In this document: positions 38,686 to 49,115 of the stretch, one piece after another
Layout of the letters: the number at the start of each line of letters is the position of its first letter
How positions within the stretch are numbered: the first letter of the stretch is position 1
Origin: a virus
Taxonomy: Duplodnaviria > Caudoviricetes
Reading direction: 5' to 3' (one strand)
IMG/VR virus record: IMGVR_UViG_3300027419_000032
Coordinates: 1,375 to 65,374 of that record
Length of the DNA stretch: 64,000 bases
The notes under the pieces: generated by a model
What the model saw: only the letters and a program-made list of their open reading frames with translations
What the model was told of the DNA's origin: nothing
The model's database searches: none
Program-made: the position numbers and the translations under genes

Positions 38686-38925
38686 ATGCCAACAATTTAT
38701 TTGGATGATCAGGCCATTAGAAGACTTATGTATATTGTCGAGAAGTTTGCGACTGAGCACGATGCAGATATTTCTTTGAGCGGCGCGGTTGAGTACTTGT
38801 TTAGAAAATATACAAGAACCTTTGAGAATATTGAAGCAGAAGAATGGGATGTTAGAGAATGTCAAGGACTAAGTGGCAAAATGCCAGTAGAAATTTTTAT
38901 TGACGAGTGCGAAAAGGAAGATTAA
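38686..38925 (+). CDS. RHH-like DNA-binding protein
   Basis: MPTIYLDDQAIRRL...SLSGAVEYLF. Confidence 0.55.
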   Translation: MPTIYLDDQAIRRLMYIVEKFATEHDADISLSGAVEYLFRKYTRTFENIEAEEWDVRECQGLSGKMPVEIFIDECEKED

Positions 38926-39112
38926 TATGTGGCCCGAACATGTAACGTTTCCATTTTTTAAGTTTTCATATTTATGTATCGAAGATATTCCATGTTCAAG
39001 GGTAATTCCTCTTGAAGATAAAAAGTACCGTTTCGTTGTGAATATTTTTATTGATGATATAATAGATCAAAGCGAGTCGTTTATAGAGTATGTAGTAAGA
39101 TTGAGGAGATGA
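38900..39112 (+). CDS. hypothetical protein
   Basis: 70-aa ORF packed between genes. Confidence 0.5.
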   Translation: MTSAKRKINMWPEHVTFPFFKFSYLCIEDIPCSRVIPLEDKKYRFVVNIFIDDIIDQSESFIEYVVRLRR

Positions 39113-40119
39113 ATATGCAACCAGAATTTCCGGAATATGTAACGAACCCTGAAGTGGTTCGAGAATTGATAAAAGATTATATGGTAAATGGGATATATCC
39201 TTTGTTTAAATTTCCATTTAAGATGTTTGGGGATATAAAAGATTTCGAGAGAGTTTTTAAGGGTGAAGGAGCAACTTTTGCGGCGAAGTGTAAAACTGGG
39301 ATTTTTAGTGATGTTGGAGATTCTTCGTGGCCTGTCGTAAAATTTTCAGAAGGTATCGTCAAGAAAAGATTCGCAACCGTTTTATCTGGAGATGAACAGA
39401 GTAAAACGGATGTGTATTTCAGAGATGAAATAAACCACGTCTACAACGAAATGGCTTGGGTTTTAGTAGATCAGATTTGTGGGAATTTCTTTGGAAAAAT
39501 TAAAGAGAATGTGGTGTCTGACGATTTGAAGAAGATTTCTAGTAAATTTTCTAAGTGGAGCGAGCCATGTGACGTTTTACAACAATTAGCGGACCTAAAA
39601 TCTTTTGTTGAAAAGGAAAAAGGTTACAAACTTAATGTTGTTTTTGTCAATGAAAGAAATTATTACGAGTTTTGGGACCATGTAACGTTCAATTGTCTTG
39701 ATTTGGATGAATCTGGTGGATTTAAGTCTTATATGAAGGATGTACAAGAAATTTACAATAAAGCACATTACCTCAAAGATTTGGACCTATGGTTGGTCGG
39801 TGTGTCTGATGACAATGAGGTTGTTTCGGAAGGAACTATTGTTGGAACGTGTTCTTACCTTGGAGAGCCTTTAGTAGGAATTCTCTATGGTTACGACCCG
39901 CAATTCGGTCAATCTGCCGACGAAGATGGAAATCTAGATACCAAGAGTCTTATAAAAGGTAATATTCCTTTGAATATTAACATCTATAAAGGTGGGAGTG
40001 AGGACGAAGAGAGGGGAGACGAAACTGTTAAAGATAGAATTACCATTGAATCTTGGTTAGATTTTGTTGTGAGCATAAGAGATCTAGCAGGTGTTTTCTA
40101 CTTGGAGGATGTTATTTGA
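39109..40119 (+). CDS. second capsid-protein paralog
   Basis: collinear similarity to 30686-31648: LFKFPFK/LFKYPFK, VYNEMAWVLVDQI/VYTEMAWVISDQI, NYYEFWDHV/NYFEFFDHV, NIPLNIN/NIPLNIN. Confidence 0.85.
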   Translation: MNMQPEFPEYVTNPEVVRELIKDYMVNGIYPLFKFPFKMFGDIKDFERVFKGEGATFAAKCKTGIFSDVGDSSWPVVKFSEGIVKKRFATVLSGDEQSKTDVYFRDEINHVYNEMAWVLVDQICGNFFGKIKENVVSDDLKKISSKFSKWSEPCDVLQQLADLKSFVEKEKGYKLNVVFVNERNYYEFWDHVTFNCLDLDESGGFKSYMKDVQEIYNKAHYLKDLDLWLVGVSDDNEVVSEGTIVGTCSYLGEPLVGILYGYDPQFGQSADEDGNLDTKSLIKGNIPLNINIYKGGSEDEERGDETVKDRITIESWLDFVVSIRDLAGVFYLEDVI

Positions 40120-40130
40120 TCCTCTAAAAT

Positions 40131-40154
40131 TTTATTTAATTCATAATTTTAAAA
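40131..40154 (+). promoter_or_regulatory. conserved late-gene motif
   Basis: TTTATTTAATTCATAATTTTAAAA. Confidence 0.6.
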
Positions 40155-40188
40155 TGTCCCTTAAAATCACGATAACGATCTCATCCCA

Positions 40189-40761
40189 ATGATAGGCTCC
40201 GAAAGCTTCGTAGTTAGTAGGCCAAATCAATCGTATTATTCGGGCGTAGGCGGAACTGACAAAGTTATTTCTGTCCAGCCGCCAACTGGTGGATCATATC
40301 TCCGCCTAGAAGGAGTTGGAACGCCTGGGAATGTAACAATTACGGGAACATGTACCGATGGATCTACGACTGAAACTATTTTGTCAACATATTTTGATTC
40401 TGAGAAAGTAGCCTTTCCTTTAAAAAAGTTTTTAACCCTAACGAAATTTACATCGGCTTCTCTGACTTCTTTGACGATCTACCCCGCCACAGAAAGTGGG
40501 GAGCGGTTGGGATTGAGTTCATATACTACCTTCAATATCCTTGCTGATTCTTATGACAGATTTTTAAGTGAACAATCTGGTCAATATACAGAATTTGCAG
40601 GATTTAGAAACAAAACGTATAAAACACTGATGTATGACGGCAGGTTCACTTTACAAAAAGGAGACCTAATTACAATTCTTGGAGATGAACTTGTGGTGGC
40701 AGATGTGAGTTCTCAACATGGACTTTATTCGTGTCTCTTGGTCTCGACTAGAGGTAAATAA
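40189..40761 (+). CDS. putative head-closure protein with an extra N-terminal domain
   Basis: C-terminal LQKGDLITILGDELVVADV (SPP1 gp16-like pattern); position. Confidence 0.6.
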   Translation: MIGSESFVVSRPNQSYYSGVGGTDKVISVQPPTGGSYLRLEGVGTPGNVTITGTCTDGSTTETILSTYFDSEKVAFPLKKFLTLTKFTSASLTSLTIYPATESGERLGLSSYTTFNILADSYDRFLSEQSGQYTEFAGFRNKTYKTLMYDGRFTLQKGDLITILGDELVVADVSSQHGLYSCLLVSTRGK

Positions 40762-40763
40762 TT

Positions 40764-41159
40764 ATGAGTAACGCCGCTCAAGTTGCCGCTGAGATGGAGA
40801 TGTTCGCCCTCAAGAAATGGGTTACTACAGAGTTATATGTGAGGCAATTCTCCAACCAGGCCCAAGATCGATCTAGAATGTTGGCACCCGGTCCTGATAC
40901 TGGAAATCTTGATCGAAGTATAAAATATACCGAAAGGTCGCTTGGAGTTTTTAATTTAGAGGTGACTTCTGAGATTGAACCGAATGCGAATCCCGATACC
41001 GGAATTACTGCCGACGTTTATGGAAAGTTTCTTAATGACGGTCATTATTCGATTTTTCGTAGACAATCAATCCCGCCAATTTTATTCATGGAAATGGGGG
41101 CAGAAGAATGCTATGTTGAATTAATGAGTAAATTATCTGGTATTTGGGGAGGAATTTAA
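40764..41159 (+). CDS. HK97 gp10-like tail-completion protein
   Basis: APGPDTGNLDRSI motif; position. Confidence 0.75.
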   Translation: MSNAAQVAAEMEMFALKKWVTTELYVRQFSNQAQDRSRMLAPGPDTGNLDRSIKYTERSLGVFNLEVTSEIEPNANPDTGITADVYGKFLNDGHYSIFRRQSIPPILFMEMGAEECYVELMSKLSGIWGGI

Positions 41160-41582
41160 ATGGTTTTTGTTGAACCCGTTCCTGCGATGGTTAAAAAGGC
41201 AAGACTTAATTCTGCATTACTTGCTCTCCTTCCTGCCTCTAAAATTCATGAAGGTTTTATGCCTAATGAACCAACGGTTCCGGGAATCTATATTCACAGT
41301 GGAAGATCTCCTTTACGTCAAATAGTATCCTCTGCAAATCAAACTAATCACATAATGACGGGCGACGCAAGATGGCAAGTTGACGCTTTATCTTCGGAAA
41401 GTTCTAGTTCAGCTAATAAACTTGCTCGTGTTTGTTGCGAAGCGTTGATGCCCTCAATCCCGACGGCAGGATTGTTTATAATTAATCACGAGGAAAGAGA
41501 TACCAATTGGGATACAGGATACCTTTGTTACCGTAGTACTTTTAGGATTGAATGTCCATATAGGGAATGGGTAACGGGATAG
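41160..41582 (+). CDS. putative tail terminator
   Basis: WQVDALS...ANKLARVCCEAL pattern; position. Confidence 0.65.
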   Translation: MVFVEPVPAMVKKARLNSALLALLPASKIHEGFMPNEPTVPGIYIHSGRSPLRQIVSSANQTNHIMTGDARWQVDALSSESSSSANKLARVCCEALMPSIPTAGLFIINHEERDTNWDTGYLCYRSTFRIECPYREWVTG

Positions 41583-41604
41583 ATTTTATTTTGGTGGAGT
41601 TTTT

Positions 41605-42582
41605 TTGTCGAGGAAAAAGATAATTTTAACTGAAGAGGAAAAGGAGACAAAGCGAGTAGCTAAGAATTTAAAAGGAAAAGAAAGATATAGATTAAAAATG
41701 GAAAATATGTCAGGAGCAGAGCGCGAAGAGTTTAGTAATAAAAGAAAAGAACGCTATATAAATAAAATTTCGTTAATGAGCCCAAAAGATAAAGAGGCAA
41801 AAAGAGAAAAAGACAAGGCTAAAAGCAAAGAGCAATATATTAAGAACAAGGAAATTATATTAGAGAGAAACAGAAAATATAGTCAGGATCATAAAGAAGA
41901 AATAAATAAAAAGAAAAAAGAGCGTTGTCAGAATAGTCCTCTGAGAAAGCTGGTTAAAACTGAACAAAGTCGGGAAGCCACAAGAAAATACTATAACAAA
42001 AACAAAGATGAGATAAACAAAAAGAGGAGAAATAAGTCCAGGAAAAGGAGAGAAAAACTTCTCGATATTTTAGGAAATAAATGCGCCGTATGCGGTGAAA
42101 GCTATTTTAAGTTTTTAACAATTGATCACATTAATGACGATGGAGCAGAGCAAAGAAAAAAAATGAGAAAATCTCCTAGCGGCGGAGATTTAGCTAAGTT
42201 TCTTGAGCGACTTGGTTGGCCCGAAGAATACATTAAAGAAAATTATCAAATTCTTTGCTGGAACCACAACTGTACTAAAAAACATAGAATGTATTTTGAT
42301 ATTCCTGTCGACCAACTAAATAGGAGACAAAGATATATGAGAAAACTCTGGTACGAAGCGTTTAACTTTTTCGGTCCATGTAAGGAGTGCAAAGAAAGCG
42401 ATGTAAAATATCTCACAATTGATCATATTCATAATGACGGTTGTGAGCGCAGGAAGAATGGGGAAAAAGATAGTACCGATCTTTTAATAGAGTTTCGGAA
42501 ACAAGGTTGGCCAGAATCTTTAAAAGAAGATTACCAAATTCTTTGTTATAATCATAATTGTTCTAAACATTTACCCGACTAA
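41605..42582 (+). CDS. tandem-HNH endonuclease
   Basis: CAVCGE..FLTIDHI...GWPEE...LCWNHN; CKEC..YLTIDHI...GWPESLKEDYQILCYNHN. Confidence 0.85.
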   Translation: MSRKKIILTEEEKETKRVAKNLKGKERYRLKMENMSGAEREEFSNKRKERYINKISLMSPKDKEAKREKDKAKSKEQYIKNKEIILERNRKYSQDHKEEINKKKKERCQNSPLRKLVKTEQSREATRKYYNKNKDEINKKRRNKSRKRREKLLDILGNKCAVCGESYFKFLTIDHINDDGAEQRKKMRKSPSGGDLAKFLERLGWPEEYIKENYQILCWNHNCTKKHRMYFDIPVDQLNRRQRYMRKLWYEAFNFFGPCKECKESDVKYLTIDHIHNDGCERRKNGEKDSTDLLIEFRKQGWPESLKEDYQILCYNHNCSKHLPD

Positions 42583-42585
42583 TTT

Positions 42586-42608
42586 ATATTTAATTCATTT
42601 TTTTAAAA
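42586..42608 (+). promoter_or_regulatory. conserved late-gene motif
   Basis: ATATTTAATTCATTTTTTTAAAA before the tape measure gene. Confidence 0.65.
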
Positions 42609-42650
42609 TCTCTATTTAAACCTATCTTCCTAACCTAGACACGATTTCTT

Positions 42651-45600
42651 ATGGGTTCGGTCTACTATTCTCGATTCGTTTTTACTTCGACGGGTCTTCC
42701 ACAGATACTTTCTCAGTTTAAATCGGCTGCCGCTCAAATAGATGCTCAGGCCGCCACTATGGGGAAGATGAATCTGAATGGTATGGCCTCAGCCATTCCC
42801 ATTTTAAAGAATATAGATAACACTCTTATGCTTACCGCTCAACACCTAAATCTCCTCTCTTCTTCTGGTTCTAAACTCGGGTCCGTCTTTTCGCCAATGT
42901 CCGCGGGAGCCACAAAAGCTTCTACCGCTACTAAATCTGTAGCAACTTCTATGACCCAGTTGCAGGCTATTTCTGGGCAAGTATCATCCTCTACCGCCAA
43001 AGTAACAAGCTCAATGTCTGCTTTGGGTTCTGCGGGCAAAGCCGCGCTTGGTGGTATAGTGAGTTCAGGAGAACGAGCTATTGCTACAATGAGCGCTCTT
43101 TCTGCGGCAACAATGTCCGTTGGGCGTTCTATGGCTCGTATGGGAACTTTAGCTGCTATCCCAATGGCCGGAATGAGGGGCTTGAGTGGAGCTGTTACCG
43201 GGTCTTTGCTCGCGTCCTCGGCGGCAATGTTGCTAAATCCGTTTAATGCTGCTCCATTAGTAGCCGGATATGGTGCCTATACTGGAATGAATATCGAAAA
43301 GTGGGCATCTGAAGCAGCCGCTAAATCTTGGAAACCTGGGATGACCAAGGCGGATTCCGATCTTATCAAACAATATACACAACAACTTGCACGTTCTCAA
43401 GCTGGTAAATCGATTTATAGCCCTACCGATCTTTCTAAAGCTATTGCTGAATATGCAGGTATGGGAGGTAATGTCACTCCTGGAACGCCTAATGCGCTTA
43501 CCGAATCAATGCTTAAGGGGTTTTCTCAATATGCTCAAGCAATTAATTCGGAAGATATTGGATCTTCTTTAAATACTCTTGTTTCTCAGAATTTAACTTG
43601 GTTTGGTCTTAAAAAGGCTTTTGTTGAAGAGAACTTAAAATATACCGAAAATTTAATGGCATCTCTTGTTGCTACCACAAAAGCAAAAGATACAGATCTT
43701 GCTCCATTATTAAAAGATGTTTCTGCGGTTGCTAAAACGTATGGGAGAACTCAAGCAGAAACTTATGCAATGACCGCAAGCTTATATCAGCTTGGTCTCC
43801 AACCTCAACAGGCTGGCATGGCTTATCGTAGAATCTTGCTTCGTGGCACTCCAAATGTTAGTGATCTGAATAAGCAAGAAGCTTATAACATGGGGATTAC
43901 TAATGAAAAAGGTCAAATTATTGACGAAGAGACCGGAAAGGCGGTAAATCTTTCTTATGTTAATCAAGCTCTAGATAAATTAGGTTTGACCTGGCAAGAT
44001 ATTAATCCAGAGACTTATGGTGAAATGGGAAGTCTTGGGGTCGTCGATAAAATTAATAAGGCTTTTGATCAGAAAGGATATTCAAATATAGAGAGACAGG
44101 CTTGGGCTAAAACAGTTTATGGCCTTCAGGGATCAACACCATTTGCAATGTCGGGTCAAAATCCTGAATTAGCAATGGAATATTTTAAAATTTTTACTGA
44201 TTCTCAAAAAGGTCTTGGTGCAGCAACGGAGATGTCTGCAATCCAGGTAGATAACCTTGAAGGATCTTTAAAATTTTTAAAAACAGCATTTCAGGGTACC
44301 GCCGCTGGTATTTCAGATTACATTAATCCTTTACTTAGAAAGTTCTCAGATTTTTTGACGACTACCGCCGTTCCCGGTCTCAATGCTCTCGGCGGAGCCC
44401 TCGTTGCTGGAGATTGGGAAGGTGTTGCCGATATTGCAGGGTCAGCCCTTGATTTTATTGGTGAAAAATTTGAAGATTCTGGATCTGTTTTAACCTCTTG
44501 GATTAATAATGGAATAGATGGACTAGATGAGATTTCTGAGAGATTTTTAGGTTGGACATCTGGAGGAGGCGCAGGAAATTTACTTGGAGATCTTGGAAAT
44601 TGGGCTCAAAATATTTGGGACGGAATAGATTGGGGTCAAGTAGGGTCCATTACTTCTAATCTATCTACCGCTTTTAATGCCGCATGGGATCAATCAATGG
44701 AGTGGTTGAAGACTTCTATTGATAACGTTGATTGGTCTAATCTGGGAACTCGTGCAGGAGAAGCATTACAGGATGCAGGTCTTTGGATACTTAATAAGAT
44801 AGGGGATCTTCCTTGGTCCGAATTAACAACTGCCGCAACTAATGCATTAACTGGAATTTTACTCACTATAAATTGGGGCTCGGCAGTTTCAACCGCAATA
44901 AGCGTTGGAGAAAAAATAGGAGCGGCAATTTATAGTGGTGTATCATCTGCTAACTTAGGGATTTTATTCCAAAATTGGGCCGGGCAGTTTTTAAATTCAA
45001 TGGTAGGTGCCATTAATACAGTTTCTGGGTCTTTAGCGGCTCTTGCGATGCAGATTGGGATGATGCCGAGTACCGTTGGATCTATTATTGTCGCATCAGG
45101 TCAAGAAGGAAAAGCCGTTTTAGAAACTGGAAAAAAAATAGTAAGTGTAATTACGGACCCGTCAAAAGAAACTGGACCCTATAGTTATATTCATACAACC
45201 AGTTATCAGCCCCCCGGAGAAGAGTCCAATTTAGGAAATAAGTACTATAATTTTTTTGTTGGAGATACTTGGGATGCTAAAACCGGAGAGAAAAATCCTG
45301 GAATATTTGATCAAGTTGTAGCTTATGCGAATTCATTTTTAAATACAAGTAATGTGCCAGTTTTGGCTGGCACAAAAAATCAACAAAGAGTTGCAGAAAA
45401 ATTTGGAGTTGATATAACTACCGCGAGAGTTATAGAACCTTATGCTAGTTTGAGAGATGAAAATAGTCTATATGGAGTTACATTTAATGGAGTTGGCGGA
45501 GTAAATATTGACGAAGGAGTTTCTGGGTTTGAGGCTTTAGAACAATTTAAACGCGATCTCCCCGCAATACGATGGTTACAAAATTCCATAATGGAGGCTA

Positions 45601-48600
45601 AAACTCCAGCAAAAGCTTATGTGGATGGAATTTATACATGTGCTAATTTTGTTGATGATACTATCAAAGAAATTCAATCCGCTGAAGATTCGGATTTTGC
45701 TGAGGCGATTTATTCTAAAGATATTAAAGCGATAAAGCAGCAGGCGCTAGAACAATATTGGTCACATCAATTAGGAATGGCAACTGTACCATATTCGTCA
45801 GAAGTTCGTCACGCTCAATTAGGCATGAACGCTTCAGGTAAAATATCTGCCGAGGATGTAAGTCTTTTTGAAGTAACTCAAGGAAATAAAATAGGGTACA
45901 AAGGGCAGGTTCGTAGTGTTGTTCCACAGCCATTTATGTATCAGGATTATGTTGATTTTTTTAAAAGTTACTATATGAGCGGGACCCAACCGACGTTCAA
46001 TGGGTCTGCGTCTGAGTATTATAAATATGTATCAGAAAATGAGAAAGATAGATTAATTAATGGAGAGGGGGCTGTAGTTAATGCTCAATCTCTTGCATCT
46101 GAAATAACCAATGGGATCGTCGGAAGCAATGGCTATTTAAATAATGGGATTAAGGTTGCGGGAGTCGGCGGAACAGTAGAAAAATCATATGCTGGAATAG
46201 AAAGTAGCACTCCTGTTGGGCAAGCTGCTGTTGATAAAGTATATAAAGCGACAAAAGGATCTTCTGATGACGGGACTATTACATTTAGGGCGACAAAAGT
46301 TTCTGACGACAATAATAATGATAATGACAGAAAATCTCAATCGTCTTTAAGTAAAATTGAAGATAATACAGGGCAAATGTATACTCTTCTAGAAGGAGTA
46401 AATGCACAAGGGCAATCTATTACTCCTCGATGGTATAAAACTCCAGAAGATGCTGAAATTGGGAGAGTTAATTTAGAAAAACTGGGATATGAAGTAACAT
46501 CTAAATTGGTCCCCACTCCAAGTATTGTAGATCAAAGTACAAAAACTACAGAAAAACAAACAACTGCAACTTCTAGTTTGACGGGAGAAACAACGGGTCT
46601 TACCGGAGAATTTTCTTCTTTATCCGATGGAGTATCTTCTTTAACGGGGGAACTTGCATTTTTTGCTGACTTAGTAAATGCTAATAGTTATCAAGGGATT
46701 GCCGATAGACTTAAGGGAGAATATGGTGTTACCGGAATAGATGCCGCCTATCTCCAAGCTTTTGACGAAAGATTACCAGGTAAAACAGATATTGATACAT
46801 TGATAAAAGGATTTACTATTGCTGGTAAATTACCTTGGACTCCTATCGAAATAATTAAAAATTCCACGGAAGAAACCGCTAAAAATACTAAAAAAATCGG
46901 AACGTGGTCTGATCCTTGGGCACAATTTAAAACGATAAAAAACGCATTTAGCGATTCAAGTTACGAAACCACTAAAGCTGTCCAATCGACTACTTCAGCC
47001 GTCCAATCTGAATCTGATCGGGCAGCAACACAAGCAAAAGTAGACGCCTCATTGCAACAACTTCTTTATTCATCTATTTGTGACATTGAAGGATTTTTTA
47101 CTCCCGAAAGAGTTTCTCCGCTCGGAACCGTGAGTTCTTCAACTGGTGGAATGCTTGTTAGAGTTGCCGATACTTTTATGACTAAAGACGAGTATGAAGC
47201 AACCATAGGAATATCTGTTTCGAAACAACAACAATGGCCCGCCGCTAAAGTTGGGAAAGTCCCATTTTATGGGACTTTAACTCCGGAAGACATGCCAGAC
47301 TGGATAGCCTATCACGATACATTATATGGAGAATATAAAACAAATTTAGAAATATCGGTAGCTAAATATCAAAAAATGTATGAAAAAGATCTTGGAATCC
47401 CTGATAATTGGGCTACTTACTCCGGATCATATGGACTAACCCTTGGGGGACAAGCCAGAAAGCCGGATAGAGACATTGTTTTCTTAGGCTCGTCAGCCAA
47501 CAAGAACGGAAGTGTAGAAGTTCCCGTCGAGCCTGTTGTTAATACAGAACCAATAGACGATTTACAATCTACTGCTGACGAAGGTCTTCCTTATGACGTA
47601 AAAGTCACTTCTAATGCCGATGCGGTGGCGGCTCAATTAGCTGCTCTTGGAGGATCAACTGTTTTTACAGTATATGTTAACACCGTAAGTGGAGGTAGTG
47701 GACAGGCAACGGATTTTGCGGAAGGAACGTCTACTTTACCGGATGGCAGCATTTTCAGTTTTGATGCGTTTGAGCTAGATTCTTTAATAAATCCAGAGGA
47801 TTTTGGTAATCAAAATCCTGCATTTCCAATTAGTATGTTAAATAAAAATCTTGACGTTCTTAATAATTTTAATCCAGATGAGGTTAAACAAATTCTTAAT
47901 CTTGCAAACACTGTTATTCAAAATAAATTTCCGAATGAAGGCGAATATGTTAGTGTATTAGAAGCGTCTCAGAGCGTGAATAAGCAATATTATCAGTGTG
48001 TCCAAGCCGCCGTTGATCAATATAACGCTTTAAAATTAGTGTATGGGGATAAGGTTGCGGTAGGATGGACTAAAAGTCATGCTTTTAACCTTTTTGATCC
48101 AACTGGACAGTGGACAGACCCTAATAAAATTATTGCTTTTAGTAGTATCCCAATGACTCTTGGTCAAAAGACGGATCATATAAAGTCAGATCGAGTTGAA
48201 GATCCCGATATTACCGTAGAAGAATCATTAAAAGATTTATATGATGATGCCGATCTTTATTATGGTCCTGTTTCGAAATTAAATTTAAAAGGTGAAATTG
48301 GTTTAAGTATAGCGCAGGATGCTAAGTCTTCCGATACACGTCCGTATGCAATTGAGGGTACTCCAATAGGGGTGATTGATGAAAATTTTCGATTCTTAAA
48401 AGGGGACGCTCTTTGGCCAAGTAATGTTGTTTTTCAGAGAGGGGCTCCCAATGGAATCGTTCCCGGATCACAGTCCGCACCCGCCGTTGGACAGGTAACA
48501 AATTTCTCGGAAGGAACGTCTACTTTATCAGATGGAAGTATATTCACTTTTGATTCGGGGGAAGAAGATGTACCTATTATATTTTCTGAGTCTGATTTAC

Positions 48601-49109
48601 AAGTCAATCCTGTTGTAGATCTAAGTCCAATAGAGTCTTTAAAGTCTAATTTGTTAGAAGGCTCGTCTTTTAATGTTGATGTTCAGGCCCCCAATGCTAA
48701 TGCTGTTGCGGGTCAACTTTGGGGTCTCGGAGGTTCAACAACTTTTACGGTTTATGTAAGTACGGTGTCTCAAGGCTATGCTAATGATTTGGTAAGTGTT
48801 AATTATGGAGATACAATTCCAGGAGATCTCCCCGCCTTTCAAGGAACTCCTAACATGTCTCTATATGACATTCCCGCCTTTGCCGAAGGCGGTTATACTG
48901 GAGAGTATGAAGGCGGCGCGACGGTTCACCCTCATGAAGTTATTTTAAATGCTGCTCAACAGAGAGGAGTTGCCGATGCTATTGCATTAGATCCCAAAAG
49001 GAATATTACTGTTCATGTAGATGCTCGTGGGGCTATAATTACGGATAATAGTATGGATACTCTTGTTGAAAGAATAAAGAGCGCTCTTCAAGATGGATTA
49101 TATAGGTAG
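42651..49109 (+). CDS. tape measure protein with C-terminal accessory domains
   Basis: 2152 aa; A/S/G-rich N-terminus; TP901-like core; W-spaced repeats (IDWGQV, VDWSNL); C-terminal PAFAEGGY...VHPHEVIL. Confidence 0.92.
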   Translation: MGSVYYSRFVFTSTGLPQILSQFKSAAAQIDAQAATMGKMNLNGMASAIPILKNIDNTLMLTAQHLNLLSSSGSKLGSVFSPMSAGATKASTATKSVATSMTQLQAISGQVSSSTAKVTSSMSALGSAGKAALGGIVSSGERAIATMSALSAATMSVGRSMARMGTLAAIPMAGMRGLSGAVTGSLLASSAAMLLNPFNAAPLVAGYGAYTGMNIEKWASEAAAKSWKPGMTKADSDLIKQYTQQLARSQAGKSIYSPTDLSKAIAEYAGMGGNVTPGTPNALTESMLKGFSQYAQAINSEDIGSSLNTLVSQNLTWFGLKKAFVEENLKYTENLMASLVATTKAKDTDLAPLLKDVSAVAKTYGRTQAETYAMTASLYQLGLQPQQAGMAYRRILLRGTPNVSDLNKQEAYNMGITNEKGQIIDEETGKAVNLSYVNQALDKLGLTWQDINPETYGEMGSLGVVDKINKAFDQKGYSNIERQAWAKTVYGLQGSTPFAMSGQNPELAMEYFKIFTDSQKGLGAATEMSAIQVDNLEGSLKFLKTAFQGTAAGISDYINPLLRKFSDFLTTTAVPGLNALGGALVAGDWEGVADIAGSALDFIGEKFEDSGSVLTSWINNGIDGLDEISERFLGWTSGGGAGNLLGDLGNWAQNIWDGIDWGQVGSITSNLSTAFNAAWDQSMEWLKTSIDNVDWSNLGTRAGEALQDAGLWILNKIGDLPWSELTTAATNALTGILLTINWGSAVSTAISVGEKIGAAIYSGVSSANLGILFQNWAGQFLNSMVGAINTVSGSLAALAMQIGMMPSTVGSIIVASGQEGKAVLETGKKIVSVITDPSKETGPYSYIHTTSYQPPGEESNLGNKYYNFFVGDTWDAKTGEKNPGIFDQVVAYANSFLNTSNVPVLAGTKNQQRVAEKFGVDITTARVIEPYASLRDENSLYGVTFNGVGGVNIDEGVSGFEALEQFKRDLPAIRWLQNSIMEAKTPAKAYVDGIYTCANFVDDTIKEIQSAEDSDFAEAIYSKDIKAIKQQALEQYWSHQLGMATVPYSSEVRHAQLGMNASGKISAEDVSLFEVTQGNKIGYKGQVRSVVPQPFMYQDYVDFFKSYYMSGTQPTFNGSASEYYKYVSENEKDRLINGEGAVVNAQSLASEITNGIVGSNGYLNNGIKVAGVGGTVEKSYAGIESSTPVGQAAVDKVYKATKGSSDDGTITFRATKVSDDNNNDNDRKSQSSLSKIEDNTGQMYTLLEGVNAQGQSITPRWYKTPEDAEIGRVNLEKLGYEVTSKLVPTPSIVDQSTKTTEKQTTATSSLTGETTGLTGEFSSLSDGVSSLTGELAFFADLVNANSYQGIADRLKGEYGVTGIDAAYLQAFDERLPGKTDIDTLIKGFTIAGKLPWTPIEIIKNSTEETAKNTKKIGTWSDPWAQFKTIKNAFSDSSYETTKAVQSTTSAVQSESDRAATQAKVDASLQQLLYSSICDIEGFFTPERVSPLGTVSSSTGGMLVRVADTFMTKDEYEATIGISVSKQQQWPAAKVGKVPFYGTLTPEDMPDWIAYHDTLYGEYKTNLEISVAKYQKMYEKDLGIPDNWATYSGSYGLTLGGQARKPDRDIVFLGSSANKNGSVEVPVEPVVNTEPIDDLQSTADEGLPYDVKVTSNADAVAAQLAALGGSTVFTVYVNTVSGGSGQATDFAEGTSTLPDGSIFSFDAFELDSLINPEDFGNQNPAFPISMLNKNLDVLNNFNPDEVKQILNLANTVIQNKFPNEGEYVSVLEASQSVNKQYYQCVQAAVDQYNALKLVYGDKVAVGWTKSHAFNLFDPTGQWTDPNKIIAFSSIPMTLGQKTDHIKSDRVEDPDITVEESLKDLYDDADLYYGPVSKLNLKGEIGLSIAQDAKSSDTRPYAIEGTPIGVIDENFRFLKGDALWPSNVVFQRGAPNGIVPGSQSAPAVGQVTNFSEGTSTLSDGSIFTFDSGEEDVPIIFSESDLQVNPVVDLSPIESLKSNLLEGSSFNVDVQAPNANAVAGQLWGLGGSTTFTVYVSTVSQGYANDLVSVNYGDTIPGDLPAFQGTPNMSLYDIPAFAEGGYTGEYEGGATVHPHEVILNAAQQRGVADAIALDPKRNITVHVDARGAIITDNSMDTLVERIKSALQDGLYR

Positions 49110-49115
49110 ATTAAA

